From contig OZ038378.1 of NCBI GenBank assembly GCA_964036045.1, forward strand, positions 17,112,001-17,176,000: 64,000 nt of DNA. The letters run 5' to 3'. This stretch comes from Eutreptiella sp. 'Long Island Sound 2002'. Lineage: Eukaryota; Protista; Euglenida. Each line of letters opens with the position of its first letter. Position 1 is the first letter of the stretch. Below the pieces are notes generated by a model. It did no database searches. It was given only the letters and a program-made list of their open reading frames with translations, and was not told the DNA's origin. Shown here piece by piece: positions 21,811 through 34,451 of this stretch. Made by a program: the position numbers and the translations under genes.

Positions 21811-23882
21811 CCCCCTTCCACCCCAAAATTCCTCACCTGGACCCCCCCCCCCAACCTCCAAGGCCTTGTGCCAAACCCCCCCAACCGACCCTCCCGGACC
21901 CCCCCCCCCTCAAAGCCCCTCCCAGAACCGCCCCTCCCAGCGGCTGCCCCCCAGGGGGCCTTTGGCCAACGGTTAGTTGGGGGGGTCAGTCGGCGTCCAG
22001 GACCGAGGAGTCGCCCCCCCCCCCCCCCTGGGGGGGATCAAACCTGTGCACAGAACATTGAGTCGGAGGTACAATCCCGCTATCTACAATCCAGACAGAT
22101 CATGGTTCCATGAGCAATAGAGTAAGAGGCATCATACCACAGTCCTGCACCAAAGCTGTCCAAACTGGAACCTGGCATCATATTGTGTGAAAGGTACAAG
22201 CCAAGAAATTGCACACCTGCAGGCTCCGCCACTTGCCACCCTGCGGACCCATTTGCTGTAAGCACAATCCAGGTAAGGAAGGGGTGGAGCACAAGGGTCG
22301 AATGATATCTATGATGTCTATTTGGAACAGGCTTTCCTTGCCTTCATACGTATTTTTTGGCCTACGAGCCAAAGGCTTCTTGAAGCAAGCCCAAGTCCTA
22401 TCATCGTGTTGTCTTGTCGGTCCTGCCATCCGTCCGTCCGCTCGTCGCTCGTTCTGCAACCTTGCAGTGACAATGAAGCCCCTTGTCGAAATCATGCTTG
22501 CCCCATTCGGCTATTTCTCCCCCCTATCACCTGTTGTGCTGTTCGGAGACATCGCGGTTCGACCTCTTTTCGAATGAAATGCACTGGAAAGTCAGTGTAC
22601 AAACAAACCCCCTCAACCACCTTCACTGATCAAGTCTACCAAATAAGTCATGTAGCACCACTCTTTCTACAGCTGTCATCATACTCACCATGACATTCTG
22701 TGGCACGTTTTGTGGTTGGCAGCCTGCTTATGCCTCCATTTAGCTCATCGCTCTCTACAATGCTGAGCAGGGCCACACCTAGAGTGAGTGTGGATTGTGG
22801 TGAAATTTTGAAAAAAACTGCTCATCCCAATTGGCGTATGTTTGGGGGGTCGGGGGTCCAGCCATACACATAACCACTGTGGCACACCTGGTGGTGGTGG
22901 TGTGGGGTGGAAGCGGTGTGGAGGGTTCTGCTGGCTTGCCTTGCCTGCCGAGGGGATAACATCCTTCCTCCTTACCATGAATATGATCAGATCACCAGAG
23001 GTCAGATCACCACGCTTGGCATGTTGAGTATAGTGTTTTCCTTAAAATCGTGCATCTCGTTACACGAGGCGCAAACCGTCCCTGGGCATGCGCCTCGTGC
23101 GCGCCAGCCGTCCCTACATGCCTCGTGAGGCAGAACTATGGGTGTGTAGCTGGATTTCCACTCATGGTGAATGGGGAATGGGTTTTGTAACCCACGTGCT
23201 TACATTCCGGGTGAGGATATCACGAGGGGGGGTGCTGTTGGGGTCGTTATCTGAACAGGCGGCCCCCCATGCTCTGGGCTGTTCCATTCCCACAGCAATG
23301 GCAGTAAACGGCATGGATGGGCGAGCGGTGAGGAAACTCAGGTCCTCATATTCATCATTCTAGTGCCTCTACATATCGGACTGCACGTGCGTATCAGCTC
23401 CGGAACCCAACTCATACCGGGGGAGGGAGGAGATTTCGGGGCTCTGGGCCATCTTTTTCATTCCTTCTTTTGAAGAAACTATGGCAGTAGTGCCATTTCA
23501 TATCTGTGTGATGTGGTGAGTAGTGATTGTTGGGGTTTTGAGGATGTTGATTGCAGCTTGTCTGTCAATCAAGAGTAAGGTGAGCCGCCAACTCCGGCAT
23601 TTTCTGGTGAATTCATTCGAATCCAAGTCAGATAATTGTGCCGGGCCTCTCGCTACCACATAGGTCCTGATCATTGTTGGCCAGAACCTTGGCGCCAGAG
23701 GCACGGATTTTTGTTGTTGTTGAACCAATCCACTCCCTCCCTCCCTTCCTTCCTCCCTCCCTCCCTCCTTTTCTTTCCATTTGCTCCGAATTCACTCTGC
23801 TCCTTGCTCCCTTCTTTCGTGGCCCCCTTTCTGTTCTTGTTGTCTACATCCTCCTCACCCTCCACCCTCTTCTGCTCAACAG

Positions 23883-24092
23883 TGGACCATGGATGGTATG
23901 GTGCCACATCTTGTAGTCAGCCAGACTCAGTTTGACAAGGCACTGAGGAGCCCGCTGTCCCAAGAAGGGATGGCAAGGACCAGCCCCCTCTCCAGCCCTC
24001 CAAACAATCCGTACAGAAGTCCAAGCCGTCTGACAACACCTCCACAAGTCTGTGCATATGTTGCCCGCCAGGCACATGACGCAGATATGCAG
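23883..24092 (+). CDS. Putative Ser/Pro-rich exon of the same gene
   Basis: Long pyrimidine tract ending ctgctcaacag|TGG; RSPLSQEGMARTSPLSSPPNNPYRSPSRLTTPPQ; donor CAG|GTGTGC (or CAA|GTCTGT at 24048); phase 0-0. Confidence 0.5.
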
Positions 24093-24529
24093 GTGTGCTC
24101 TTAGCGTATGGACCCAGGGCTATGTCTGCTCGAACATCAGATGTCTAGGACACATCCTGTTGCCACAATTCCCTGCTCAAAGCATTGTTTAACAACATAT
24201 GTGCCATTCAAGCCAAGCACCAGAAACATACTGCTAGTCGCAATGTTGGACAAGCTGCAGGGAAGTCACACACTCAGTTCCGAGGTGAGATGAATGGGCT
24301 GTTCACGTAGCCAAATGTTGATGAGCTGTGGTGTCTAAGATTGTGAGCGCAGTGACGTTTTGCAAGTTCTTCTCCAGCCAACAATCACTGTCCCTTCTAG
24401 GGAGAGGATTTTCTCTTGGAGTCGGAGCAAGTCTGGAAAGGCGTGACCAGCCTTGCTGTGCGCTTATCCCCTACAACCCACTCATTGCTTCAGACCCTCA
24501 AGGCCCAGAAGCGGAACGTTACCGGAACA

Positions 24530-25030
24530 CTGTGTAGGATAATGGCAAAAAAAAAGGGAAAATGGGGGGAAATGGGGGGAAATTTTTTTTTGCATTCTTG
24601 GTGGAAAAATGGGACATTTGTCAGCCAAAACCCCCCAAATTGCACCTTTTGTTGGTGAACCTCAGGGGAGGGGCCGGCAGTTCCCATTTCCCCCCATTTT
24701 GTCACAAGGAAAAATGGGGGAAATGGGGGAAAATGGGGGTGAATGGGAATTTTCATCGTCCTTTCTGCCCCACAATACAGTTTGTGCCCCCTCCCTCCCA
24801 TCCTCTTGATTGCACACATATCTCTTGGGGACATTCAGAATGTGCCAACTTTGTGGGGTTTGGCACTTTTTGGGATTTTTTGACAAGTTTTGCTTCCATG
24901 TGCAAACATGTCATCGCATAGGGGGGGGGTATGTGTATACTTTTTGAAATCTGTGAGAAAAGGCCGTTTCAGAAATGTATGGGTTGGGGGGGGGGTAGGT
25001 GGTCACATTTTTCAGCACAGCACAACACAT
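24530..25030. repeat. Interspersed repeat family (related copies 46260-46440, 58200-58300)
   Basis: Shared catatctcttggggacatt, atgtgta(t/c)actttttgaaatctgtgagaaaaggcc and (aaatggggg)n blocks. Confidence 0.8.
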
Positions 25031-25073
25031 TGGACGGTGCACACAAACATGGCACTGCACCGTTGAATCATTT

Positions 25074-25560
25074 TTATTCTGGATCATCGTCATTATCAGC
25101 ATCCCCTTTTTCAGGCAGGGCTGGGGTGCCATTGGGGCAGACATCCCCCTGTTTGTGGACAGGGATATATTTCTTCAATTTTTCCCAATCCTGCAACTTC
25201 CGTGCCTTCACTGGCACCCACCCTTCGGAAAGAGGCATCATCGGTTGTGAGGTCCACATTTCGTTGTTTGGTCAACCCGACCTTGCGCCAGGGCAGGTGG
25301 CTGTGAACGGGAGGTACGGGGCTGTTTTGCCTGGCTACCAGGCTCATGCCGTTGCACCCACACCCAGGTTGCTCCCCCAGAGCGAGCCCTTTTGCGCACC
25401 AAAGGCTTTTGTGGTGCATCGGGGGAAGCAACAGCCCGTGGAGTGAATTTGTATGTTGACATGGTGGCTGCCTGTTGACAAAAAGAGGCAGCAAGTAACA
25501 CAGGCACCGGCCAAAACGGACGAAAATATCAAACATGTTGTCAGCATGCAGACCCAGGGT
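25074..25560 (-). pseudogene. Possible decayed Sola-like DDE transposase C-terminal fragment
   Basis: LHADN, AFGAQK and PVKARKLQDWEKLKKYIPVHKQGDVCP in different frames; resemblance recalled by eye, not searched. Confidence 0.28.
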
Positions 25561-25935
25561 GTTCCAAATAGCCATTTTCAAGGGCTCTCCGGATATACCC
25601 CACATACCCCCCCCTCCGGAACACTCAGTGGCACAAATGAGGCAACAAGGGCACCAACCCACGAAAACCCACAAAGTTGGCACAAACGGTGTCGTCCCCG
25701 AGAGAATATGGAAGAAGTCGGTCCGACTGGCGACCCCTTGGTGAAATGTGATGTCATCTAGTCTCACAGGACTTGTTTGGTATTCCGCCTGAGGAAACAT
25801 TGCTGCACAAGACACCACTTTTGCCCCCAACTCCCAACACCCACCCCTCCTCGCCCTCCGAAGGTCCAGGCACTCCCAGGCACCCCACTGGTTTGGGCAG
25901 TCCCATCCTTTGATGCCCCTGTTGTGCTTTCGTAG

Positions 25936-26274
25936 GCCTTCCGTCAGAGCCAGTTCCGCCCTCCGCCGCTAGACCCTGCCTGGTTCCGTGGTTTGGGGTA
26001 TCGGTCCGACAGCTCACGCAGCCCCTCACTCAGCCCTCTTAGCCCTCCTTCTCCCTTCTATGCCACCCCACTGTCTGGACCAGACAGCCCCCAGCCCTGG
26101 CGCCCCCCAAGCCCCCTGGCACGCTCGCAACTGTCCTTGGGAGTCTCCACAGCCATCAGCTCTGCCTCCACAACCACAACCATACCTGCAGTTCCCAAGG
26201 GCATCCCCAAGCATTTACTGACAAGTCTGCCAGTGGACACCCACAATGTGCACCCTTTTAAGCCGTGTGCTTAG
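25936..26274 (+). CDS. Putative terminal exon of the DP..VHPF-motif protein
   Basis: Acceptor tgtgctttcgtag|GCC, phase 0; ...PPPLDPAWF...RSPSLSPLSPPSP...LPVDTHNVHPFKPCA then TAG. Confidence 0.62.
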   Translation, partial: AFRQSQFRPPPLDPAWFRGLGYRSDSSRSPSLSPLSPPSPFYATPLSGPDSPQPWRPPSPLARSQLSLGVSTAISSASTTTTIPAVPKGIPKHLLTSLPVDTHNVHPFKPCA

Positions 26275-29200
26275 CCTGTGAGCAGTGCAACTGGCCTGCT
26301 CTCTTGGATTTGGCATGCACCTCAACGTGCATGGGCGCTGGCGGCACAAAGGGTTTGGGGGCCCCTGCAACATCCTCTCCAAGTTCCTTTCAATCACCCC
26401 TCTTCTGTCCCTTAACCACCCCACTTCTTACCTTAACCTGCTAAGTCCCCGTTCACGCACCGTGCCCTTCTACTGGGTATTGAGGAGAGCACAGGAGGGC
26501 AAAGTGCAGTAGTGCAAACGGTCGAGCACACCTGCTGGGCCCATCAAAGGCTGACGAGAAGAGCGCGCCGAAGGCGCTGCAGTGTAATTTTGTTTGGGAG
26601 CGGCTCAATTGATTGGGCCCATTCACTCACAATCCTCCCACCCATTCACCCTAAATCCCCCCCTTCCTCCTTCTCCAATCGAATCTAATTGGATCCCCTT
26701 GCCCCCCCCACCCCCCCTCCTTGTGCCAAACTCCACCCCCCCTCCTATCTGATCCAACCCAAAATGATTGACTTCCCTTCCTTCCCCTCCCACGCTTGGT
26801 GTAGGCCCCTGCCACCAGTACACACACCGCACTCCCAATAAAGCCGCACCCCCAACGGGGCAGAGGCACCACTGCCATCGCAACTGCCCCCCACAGTTGT
26901 GCTGTATGCAGATGTTCCTCCTTCCCAGCCCCTTTTGAAGTTATGTGCCGTTCAGTGGTTGCAATCCGGTAGCTCTTGGTAGGTGGCTATGTTAAACAAG
27001 GGAAATCTACATGAGCTTACCTTAGCTCACCTTAGTCGGGACCCCCCCCCCCCCCGCACCCCGCAGTCCCCGACCAACACCATCCTGTCTCTTCTCCAGG
27101 AAATCACCGGAGAAGGATAGAATCAAAATACCGAGTAATGAAAGGAAGGAGACAAGATAATCAAACATTGGAAACAAAGGAAACAAGCATCCAAGACCCC
27201 CATACCAATCTAGTGCATGGTTATGCCCCTCATTGCACTAGGTGCCCCATGCCTACCAGGTCTTCTTGTGCATTGCACTTCATGGCTGTGCTTTACAGGG
27301 AAACACCCTGCCCACCCAACAAACAAGAAGGCCAAATGAACAGGACCATGCAGAAACTGAAAAGAGTCTTCTGTTGGAAAAATGTGCCAAAGGTCACCCA
27401 CCGAGAAGCACAACAACAAACAGCATGCTCTCCAAGGGATGGGCACCAAATGTTATCATCCCTTATGGGACATAATCCGCTATAAGGCAGGTGTTGGGAA
27501 AGGGGCAGTGAGGGTCCTGGGGCCCACCCCTGTCTGGGCGTCCCCCTGGATGCCGCGTGGTCAGGGATGGTGCGAAGGAGGTAGTCCCAGACCACCCAGG
27601 GAAGGACCTCTGTGTCCTTAGTGAGGAGTGGCACAACAAGAAGGGCGAAGTGGGAGGGGGTTGGAGGCCGGGCAAGTTTTTCAGCCCACTCATGCTGCTG
27701 CCCCAGGGCAGGATGCTGTGGTCCAGGGCAGGGGGCAGAGGCAAGTGGGGTGAAGGCAGCATTTGCGTGGCCCACCAATGTGGCGACCTGGAAGGCCATC
27801 ATGTCTCCCCGAGGTATTCCCAGAGCCGAACCATTGGCTGTAATTCCAATTCCAATTACCTCCCTCCCTCCCTGCCTCCCTGCCTTCCTCCCTGCCTCCC
27901 TGCCTGCCTCCCTCCCTGCCTCTCTCCCTCCACCATTCTCCACACCATGGCTGGAGAGCTGCAGCTCTGGGTGGCATTGGAACGGCTCATGGTGGTGACC
28001 AAATCAAGGCAGTGCATCCCAAGTTAAGGGCTTGGTTAGTGACCAATGTCCTGAGCCTTCCCTATGTAGGAGGACATATTTCTCAAGTGAAGTGATGTCA
28101 TGGAAGGGTGGTGCCTTGTACTTGCGCAATGATGTCCTCCTGTGTTCGTGTTGATAGTGCCCAAGTTCATTTAATTGGAAAATGACCGTGGTGGGGGTTG
28201 TGGAAGAGTGGAGAGGTTGGATGGGGTTGGTGATTGTAGATTGTTGCAGATTGCTCTGAAGTGTCGAAGAGCATTCAAGGGCAGGAGGGATGGGGACAGG
28301 GGTGCAGAGGTGAATGTGTTGCAAGGCCCACAGGAACCTTGCTGCTGGGTATCCAGAGCAGACAAACAAATGCTTGCCGCATTGGCAATTAAACAGATCA
28401 TCAAGGGCGGTCAACCTGTGCATCTCAGAGCATCGCTGAATCGTTTGTGATCCATTGTGCAGCTGTCTGTGCGCAACTGCTCAAGTCAGGTTAGGTGCTT
28501 GCAGAACACACCTGATCCTCCCCCTTGCCTGCTCCTCAATATCCCCCGGGGCAATGTCCCGGGTATTCAATGAACTGCCATGTAACGCGACACGCAGGCC
28601 AGGGGACCCCCCAATGCTTGTTGGGTGAGTTTGGATTGCTGTTTTGTAAGATGCCGGTGTGACAGTCCACTGCTTGTGAATGTGTGAGAGCCATTGCTCT
28701 GAATCTTCTGACATCCCCAGAACTTTTGTATGCCTTCAAACCAATATGAGTGACAATGATGGAGCTCCACTGTTTCACAAAGAGGAATATTTTAATGATG
28801 GGGGTGGCTATGAAGAAGACAGTGTTGAAATAGATGGGAACGATGAACCGCAGGATTATCACCCATTGAGTACTGATGGAATGATGCAGTTGATAACAAC
28901 GAAAGGGGGCAAGATGTTATTGAAGTGGAGCAGTTTTCTGATCTTTCTGATCCTAAAGACATTTTGGATGAAGATGTATCTTTGCATTCGCGCGGAGGAA
29001 GAGAAGAGGCAAAATACCACCTGCCTGCCACTAATTTTCTCTGGGGGCATAATGAAGGGGGGGGGATATTAAAAGGGGGCAGGTGCTTAACCATGTTCTT
29101 GCAGCAGCAATTTCTCTCTTGGAATACCTGTGCATTAATCCTGCAGTGTGGCCATTTCAGTGGTCCGATTCAGCAGTCTGAGTCTTAAGCCATTCCTTGA

Positions 29201-31060
29201 CCTCTGGGCATCTCTTTCGAACCTGCCACAAAGTATGCCCCGTTTTGGAGAATATGGTATTCCGCATCTGTTCCCGCCTTTCGACACCCCATTTTGGCCT
29301 GGCACAGGGCAGAGGCCCCCATTTTCTGTTTTGTGTCCGGAATCTGACTGCGTTCAGTTTGGTGCGCAAGATTTAATGGAGCACTCCAACAGATGTACAG
29401 CCCATTTACTTAAACCTCTGTTTTCTGGTGAACCAGTAATATGAAACATTGCACCTGTTGCTGTTCAACCATATCCTTCACACGGCCCATTGTATAAGAC
29501 GTTTCACCACCCTGTAACCCAAACGATGCACTCTTCCAGACAATCTCTTGTCTTCGTTTTGATGGTTTGAATCAGAGCATTGGCTGGAAACAGTTAAATG
29601 TATGAAGTGGCCGCATGCGTATCGCTGCGAGCTCTCATTGCTAGTTATCCTTGCTCAGTGCTTATATATAATGTTGCACACATAGCAATATTTTGGGTTA
29701 GGGTACACTGCCTGATGCAATTTGGCATGCATTGAGGCGATGGCTGCTCTGGTACAGCATTGGCAGCTAGTAACGCCGTGGCTATGTGGGCTATATGGAA
29801 CTGGCTGTGTGAGCCAAGGCTTGGTTTTGTTGGGAAGTTCCTGACTTTGGATAAGGTCTTGAGTGTGTTCGCAAGGCCCTGGCGGTGCTAACAAGTTGCT
29901 GGATGTGCGAACAAGGCTTTGGCTGTGCTGGTAAGACCTTGGCTTTGTCGGGATTCGCTGTAGGTGCTTTTTTTCCTTTTCAAACGTGGCTTTTGTGCGA
30001 AAGCTATCAGGCCTTGGAACTATTACTGAAGGGCTTGCCCACAATGGAAATACCCTGAGTGTCCATCCTGTTAGTTCCTGTACTCACGTGCTGGACAGCC
30101 TGTGGATGTGCACTGCCAGTGGCCGCCATTTGCGGAGTCATTTTATCGCACACACCATAGGGCTGGTTTCTCAAGATGAAGACCAATTCGGCGACACCTG
30201 CGATGTGCCCTGTATTACCTGCGGGCGGCTGGGGGGGGGGTCATGTTTGGGGGAGCGTTAGCGCGTCGGGCATCTTTTTTGGACCATTCCCCACTCGTGC
30301 CTGTTTTTGCCCCCACCTCAACAAACAATTTCTAGCACCTTCTCGCCGTGTCTAAGAATTTGGCCCATCCTTTGCACCCAGTTTATGACGATGGCAAGGG
30401 TGGTGGTTGCCCAGCGCGCGCCCGGCGCATGCCCGGCGCACTACCTTTGTATTAAGTATCTTCTCTCTAGCCCCAAGTTTGTCCTCACCTTGGAAAGTTC
30501 CCCAAGTAGACCGCACTAGACCGCAAACCTTCTCTGCAAGGCACCTTGTATAAGCCAAAATATGAGAATTCAACAACACAAAATGTCACTCCCACCACTT
30601 CGTTGCATGGGACTGCCCCCCTGCCGTTTCCAAAGCTGTGGACCAAAAGGGTCTGCAACGTATCATCACTGAGACCTGCTGGGTTTCGAATACCATGCTG
30701 CCGCTACCCTGACCCACCAGTGCACCAGGAATGACAACCCCCTCGCCCCACAATACATGCTGCAAGGGGGGGAATGTTTCTTCCCTAGCTGCATCATGTC
30801 AAATGTCCCGGTCTTGCAGTAGTTGTATTGGTGGCTGTTGCTGTAGCTGTATGGGCCTGATACTGCACTTTTGTGGGCTCTGCTACTGCTGTTGTATGGG
30901 CCTGGTGCTGTAGCTTTGTGGGACCTGGTTTTGTAGTTATATGGGCTGTGGTACTGCGGTTGTATGGCCCTTGGTGCTGTAGTTGTGGGTGGGCCATGGT
31001 ACCCCCCTGCCCCTTTCATCGTTCTCCCACACTGTCCCTGTGGGGATGAGGAAGGGGGCA

Positions 31061-31460
31061 GGGGCAGTAGGGCTTTCAACTGGGGGGGGGGAGGGTCAAT
31101 AGAGCCCCCCAAAAGTGGAGGGGGGGATCTGGGAAGAGGGCTCAATTGACAGAGCTATTAATCAGTTATCATGAACTCTGGCACCGAAGACGCCGAAATT
31201 TTTTTTGAACATTAAAAACGGTCAATTTTTTTCCCACCCAAATATATGGCAAATGATGGTTTTCTGAACCCCCTTGACGCGCTGATTCCCACAATCCCAT
31301 TTTCACTTTTTTGCCGATTTTGGGTCTGGGTCACCTCCGGGGCCCAGGGTCCGTCTCCGTAGGAGTTTGGGGGTCCCGTCAATTGAGCCCCTTTTGGGGG
31401 GGCGCTCTAGCCAGGGGGCTCTATCGACCCCCCCACCCCAATTGAAAGCCCGCCTACCCC
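31061..31460. mobile_element. MITE-like element with ~50-bp imperfect TIRs
   Basis: gggctttcaactgggg...ggtcaatagagccccc vs gggggctctatcgacc...ccccaattgaaagccc; inner IR ggggctcaattgac / gtcaattgagcccc. TSD not resolved. Confidence 0.7.
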
Positions 31461-34129
31461 AGGGGTACTTTCACCTCGGTGACCACCAAGAATGGTGACA
31501 GGGAAACCGCCAACGTGGAGGTTTAAGGGAGCCTGTTTTAGGTGTCTGCAACTGGGTAGGAGTTGAACGAGCACGTTTTTGGGAAGCATGAACCCCCCAT
31601 GCTTAGTAATGCCACCCTATATGGTTATGGATATGGTTGGGGTTCACTGAACGCGCCTCGCTGGCGCTTCCCCAAGGGGCGTGGGGTCTCCTCATTTCGC
31701 CCTTGGTGCCACATAGTGCAGCATGTGGCATGGATCTCCAAAATTTGCAGACCACTTGCTGACAACTGGAAATTTGCAATGCAACCACCTGTCTCCCTAC
31801 ATGATTCACATGGCTTCAGCCACGCCTTGTTTATGTTTTTGAGAGGGCACGCAGGTTACCTCATGTTCCTTTTCCTTCACAACTATGTTCACTTCGGGAA
31901 GGTGTGACAACATTACCCCGTTACATCAGTTCTTGAAGCTGGGGCCCAACAAATTGGTTTCTTTACTCCTTGGTCTGCTGCTACCGTGCTACCTGAAACA
32001 GCATGACTCGTCAACAGTAGTAGACACCACCTGTGTGCTTGCGCACGCAAGCATAACAGTGGGCCTGTGCCTTTGATGCACCATATCGACAACACAGCAA
32101 CAATGTCCATGAGCGCTACCGACCCCCAGGCAGCTCTACAAACAAACCCACACACTAACACAAATTGGTCACCCTAGATTGCTTTTGCCCCACAAACACA
32201 CACAGCACCACACACCGACAGACCCACGTCAGCACCAACACCAACTGCGTGTGTGGCAGTGGCGCATTGCGGTGTACATGCATGTGATCAACCAAACGAC
32301 AAACGAGTAACAGCAACCACCACATGGCAATGGTGGTATATCTGGTGAATTTGTCCATACAAATGTGCCAATATCCATTCATGTTTGAGCAGGACGAATT
32401 CGTCGACCAGAAAGCTATGGCAAATCCTCTCATGCAACAGCTATTTCGATCGCCTGCCAGTTGTAGTGGTGCATTGAGAAACCAGGGTTTTTTGCTTTGA
32501 ATTGCGGAGTTTGCGAGCAAGATGGAAGGCATTCGAAGGGATCATCTTAGAGACTAGGGGATTGGCTGGAGAACTCAGTGAGAATTTTTTTTTTACCAAG
32601 AGCACCTTGTTCTGGGTTAATTTTCAATTCATAAACCATACCCAGGGCCAGCACCTAGCATGCCAAACATCAAAGTTTCTGCTAAGTGCCAATTTGCCAT
32701 GGTGCACATGATTGGTTTCAGGGTGTGAATTCCAAAGGTATGCACATGTAAAACAAGGATTTCCCCTGGCAATGTGCTTGTGCATGCTGCACAGTGAATG
32801 GTGCTCTACATTACACCCATGTCATTCCCATATGGCCATAATTTCATTCACCAGTGCGCCCGACTTCAACCACAATGCGTTTTGGCTGTCTCCCTCATTC
32901 TGCAGTTCCATGCAGTCACCCATCTGCCATCAGGGATTCCGCCATTAGGTACACCATCCTGTAGCCAACACCGCCCCATCCACAGCCCATTCATTCAGTT
33001 CACCTGTACCATTTGGGTAAACACAACTCTGGACCGTACCATACCCTTCCTTCCCCCCCCAACCCCCCTCAACGGCCCCCCGCCCATCACGCGGCAGCAA
33101 CCTCAACCTGGCAGCAACCCACTCCTGTGTGGATGTGGTCCGTGGGGTCGCACCAAGAAGAGGGTTGCCAACCATGGCAATTGGCCCACCCTGCAGCTTC
33201 TACTTCAATGCACACCCCCGTGCACCAACCTACACCGCACAACACCCACCACCCCGGGTGGCACCAACCCATCCCCGCCCTTCACCCTACGCTACCCACC
33301 ACGCCATCCAACACTCACCACGCCATGCTGCCCCACATCCAGCGCACTGAGGAGGAGCCGCCCATCCCTGCCCAACAACCTTAGGTATCCCACTGATTCC
33401 ACTAACGGTGGCAATACAATTGTGCAAGAAAAAACACCAAACCACATCACCTGCAGCATCTTCAAGTTCTGGTGACAGCACCTTCATGCTACAAGAGACA
33501 TATGCATCCATGAATACAAATGATTATGCAAGGTGTTGGATGTGGGAAAAAAGGCCCATTTTTTGTGTGCCACCTGCACTTTCTGTGGGAGACTGGGCTA
33601 TACCTTGTTCTATCTCTCTCCAGCATCAAACGAACCACATTGCCCTATTCATGCTGTCATAGTTGCTCTTGCAGCACTGTCCCACAGTTGCCATTGGTTG
33701 TCTTGTTGTGCGTCTTGGTGCCCAGCCCACGGTGCATCCTTTTTCATCTTCCATGTGACGCATATATCCGTCTTCTTGCAACATTGCTATGGGGTGTAGG
33801 TCTGGGGTTTGGAGTTTGAAATACACCAAACCCTTGACACTGCGCATGCACTGCACCGCGCAGCAATTCCCCATGTGTCTGTGTGGGATGTGAAGTGTGT
33901 GTGGGTACCATGAAAAGTATGTGGGGTTCATTAAGTAAGTGTGTAGAAGGGAGGTTGTGGCATTTTTGTTTCTCATTCTCGCATGCAGCGCCTCTTTCAA
34001 AGTGCAAATTCTGGCGCTGCCGAAGTGTTTGCTCTGTGTTTTACTGCAAACCCCCGGCCAAATTCCTGCCAACTTTTCTCCGTGCAGCATCGGCCCATGG
34101 TGTCGCATGATGTGGTATATTCCCTGAAT

Positions 34130-34167
34130 GTGTTTTTGCCCTTTCGGCTTATGCAGTTTGACAACAG
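34130..34167 (+). promoter_or_regulatory. Pyrimidine tract plus AG acceptor(s) upstream of the PRPF31 ATG
   Basis: gtgtttttgccctttcggcttatgcAG (34156) and acaacAG (34167), 35-46 nt before the ATG at 34203. Confidence 0.35.
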
Positions 34168-34202
34168 ACCGTGGTCTGAGCGTCTGTTTGTGTGCCCACA
34201 CA

Positions 34203-34451
34203 ATGGCCGAGCCCATAGACACAGATATCGCAGATTTGGATGACTTGGAGGGGGACCTGGGGGACCTGGAGAGCGAGAGCTCTGGGGATGATGAGGAGAT
34301 TCAGCTGGAGGACATGCTCCGGTACAACAGCGTCAAAGAGGTGGCCAATTTGATGCGCAGCCAAAAGTTGGCAGACCATTTGGAGAAGCTGGATGCCATG
34401 ACGATGGATGAGGATGGCGCTGTTCGGGGCCTCACTGACGATGAGTACCAG
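34203..34451 (+). CDS. PRPF31: Prp31 (U4/U6.U5 tri-snRNP protein) exon 1 of 5
   Basis: ATG at 34203; MAEPIDTDIADLDDLEGDLGDLESES...VANLMRSQKLADHLEKL...DDEYQ; ends CAG|GTCTGG (phase 0). Matches the acidic Prp31 N-terminus and joins exon 2 to give the conserved EYQLIV(D/E). Confidence 0.9.
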
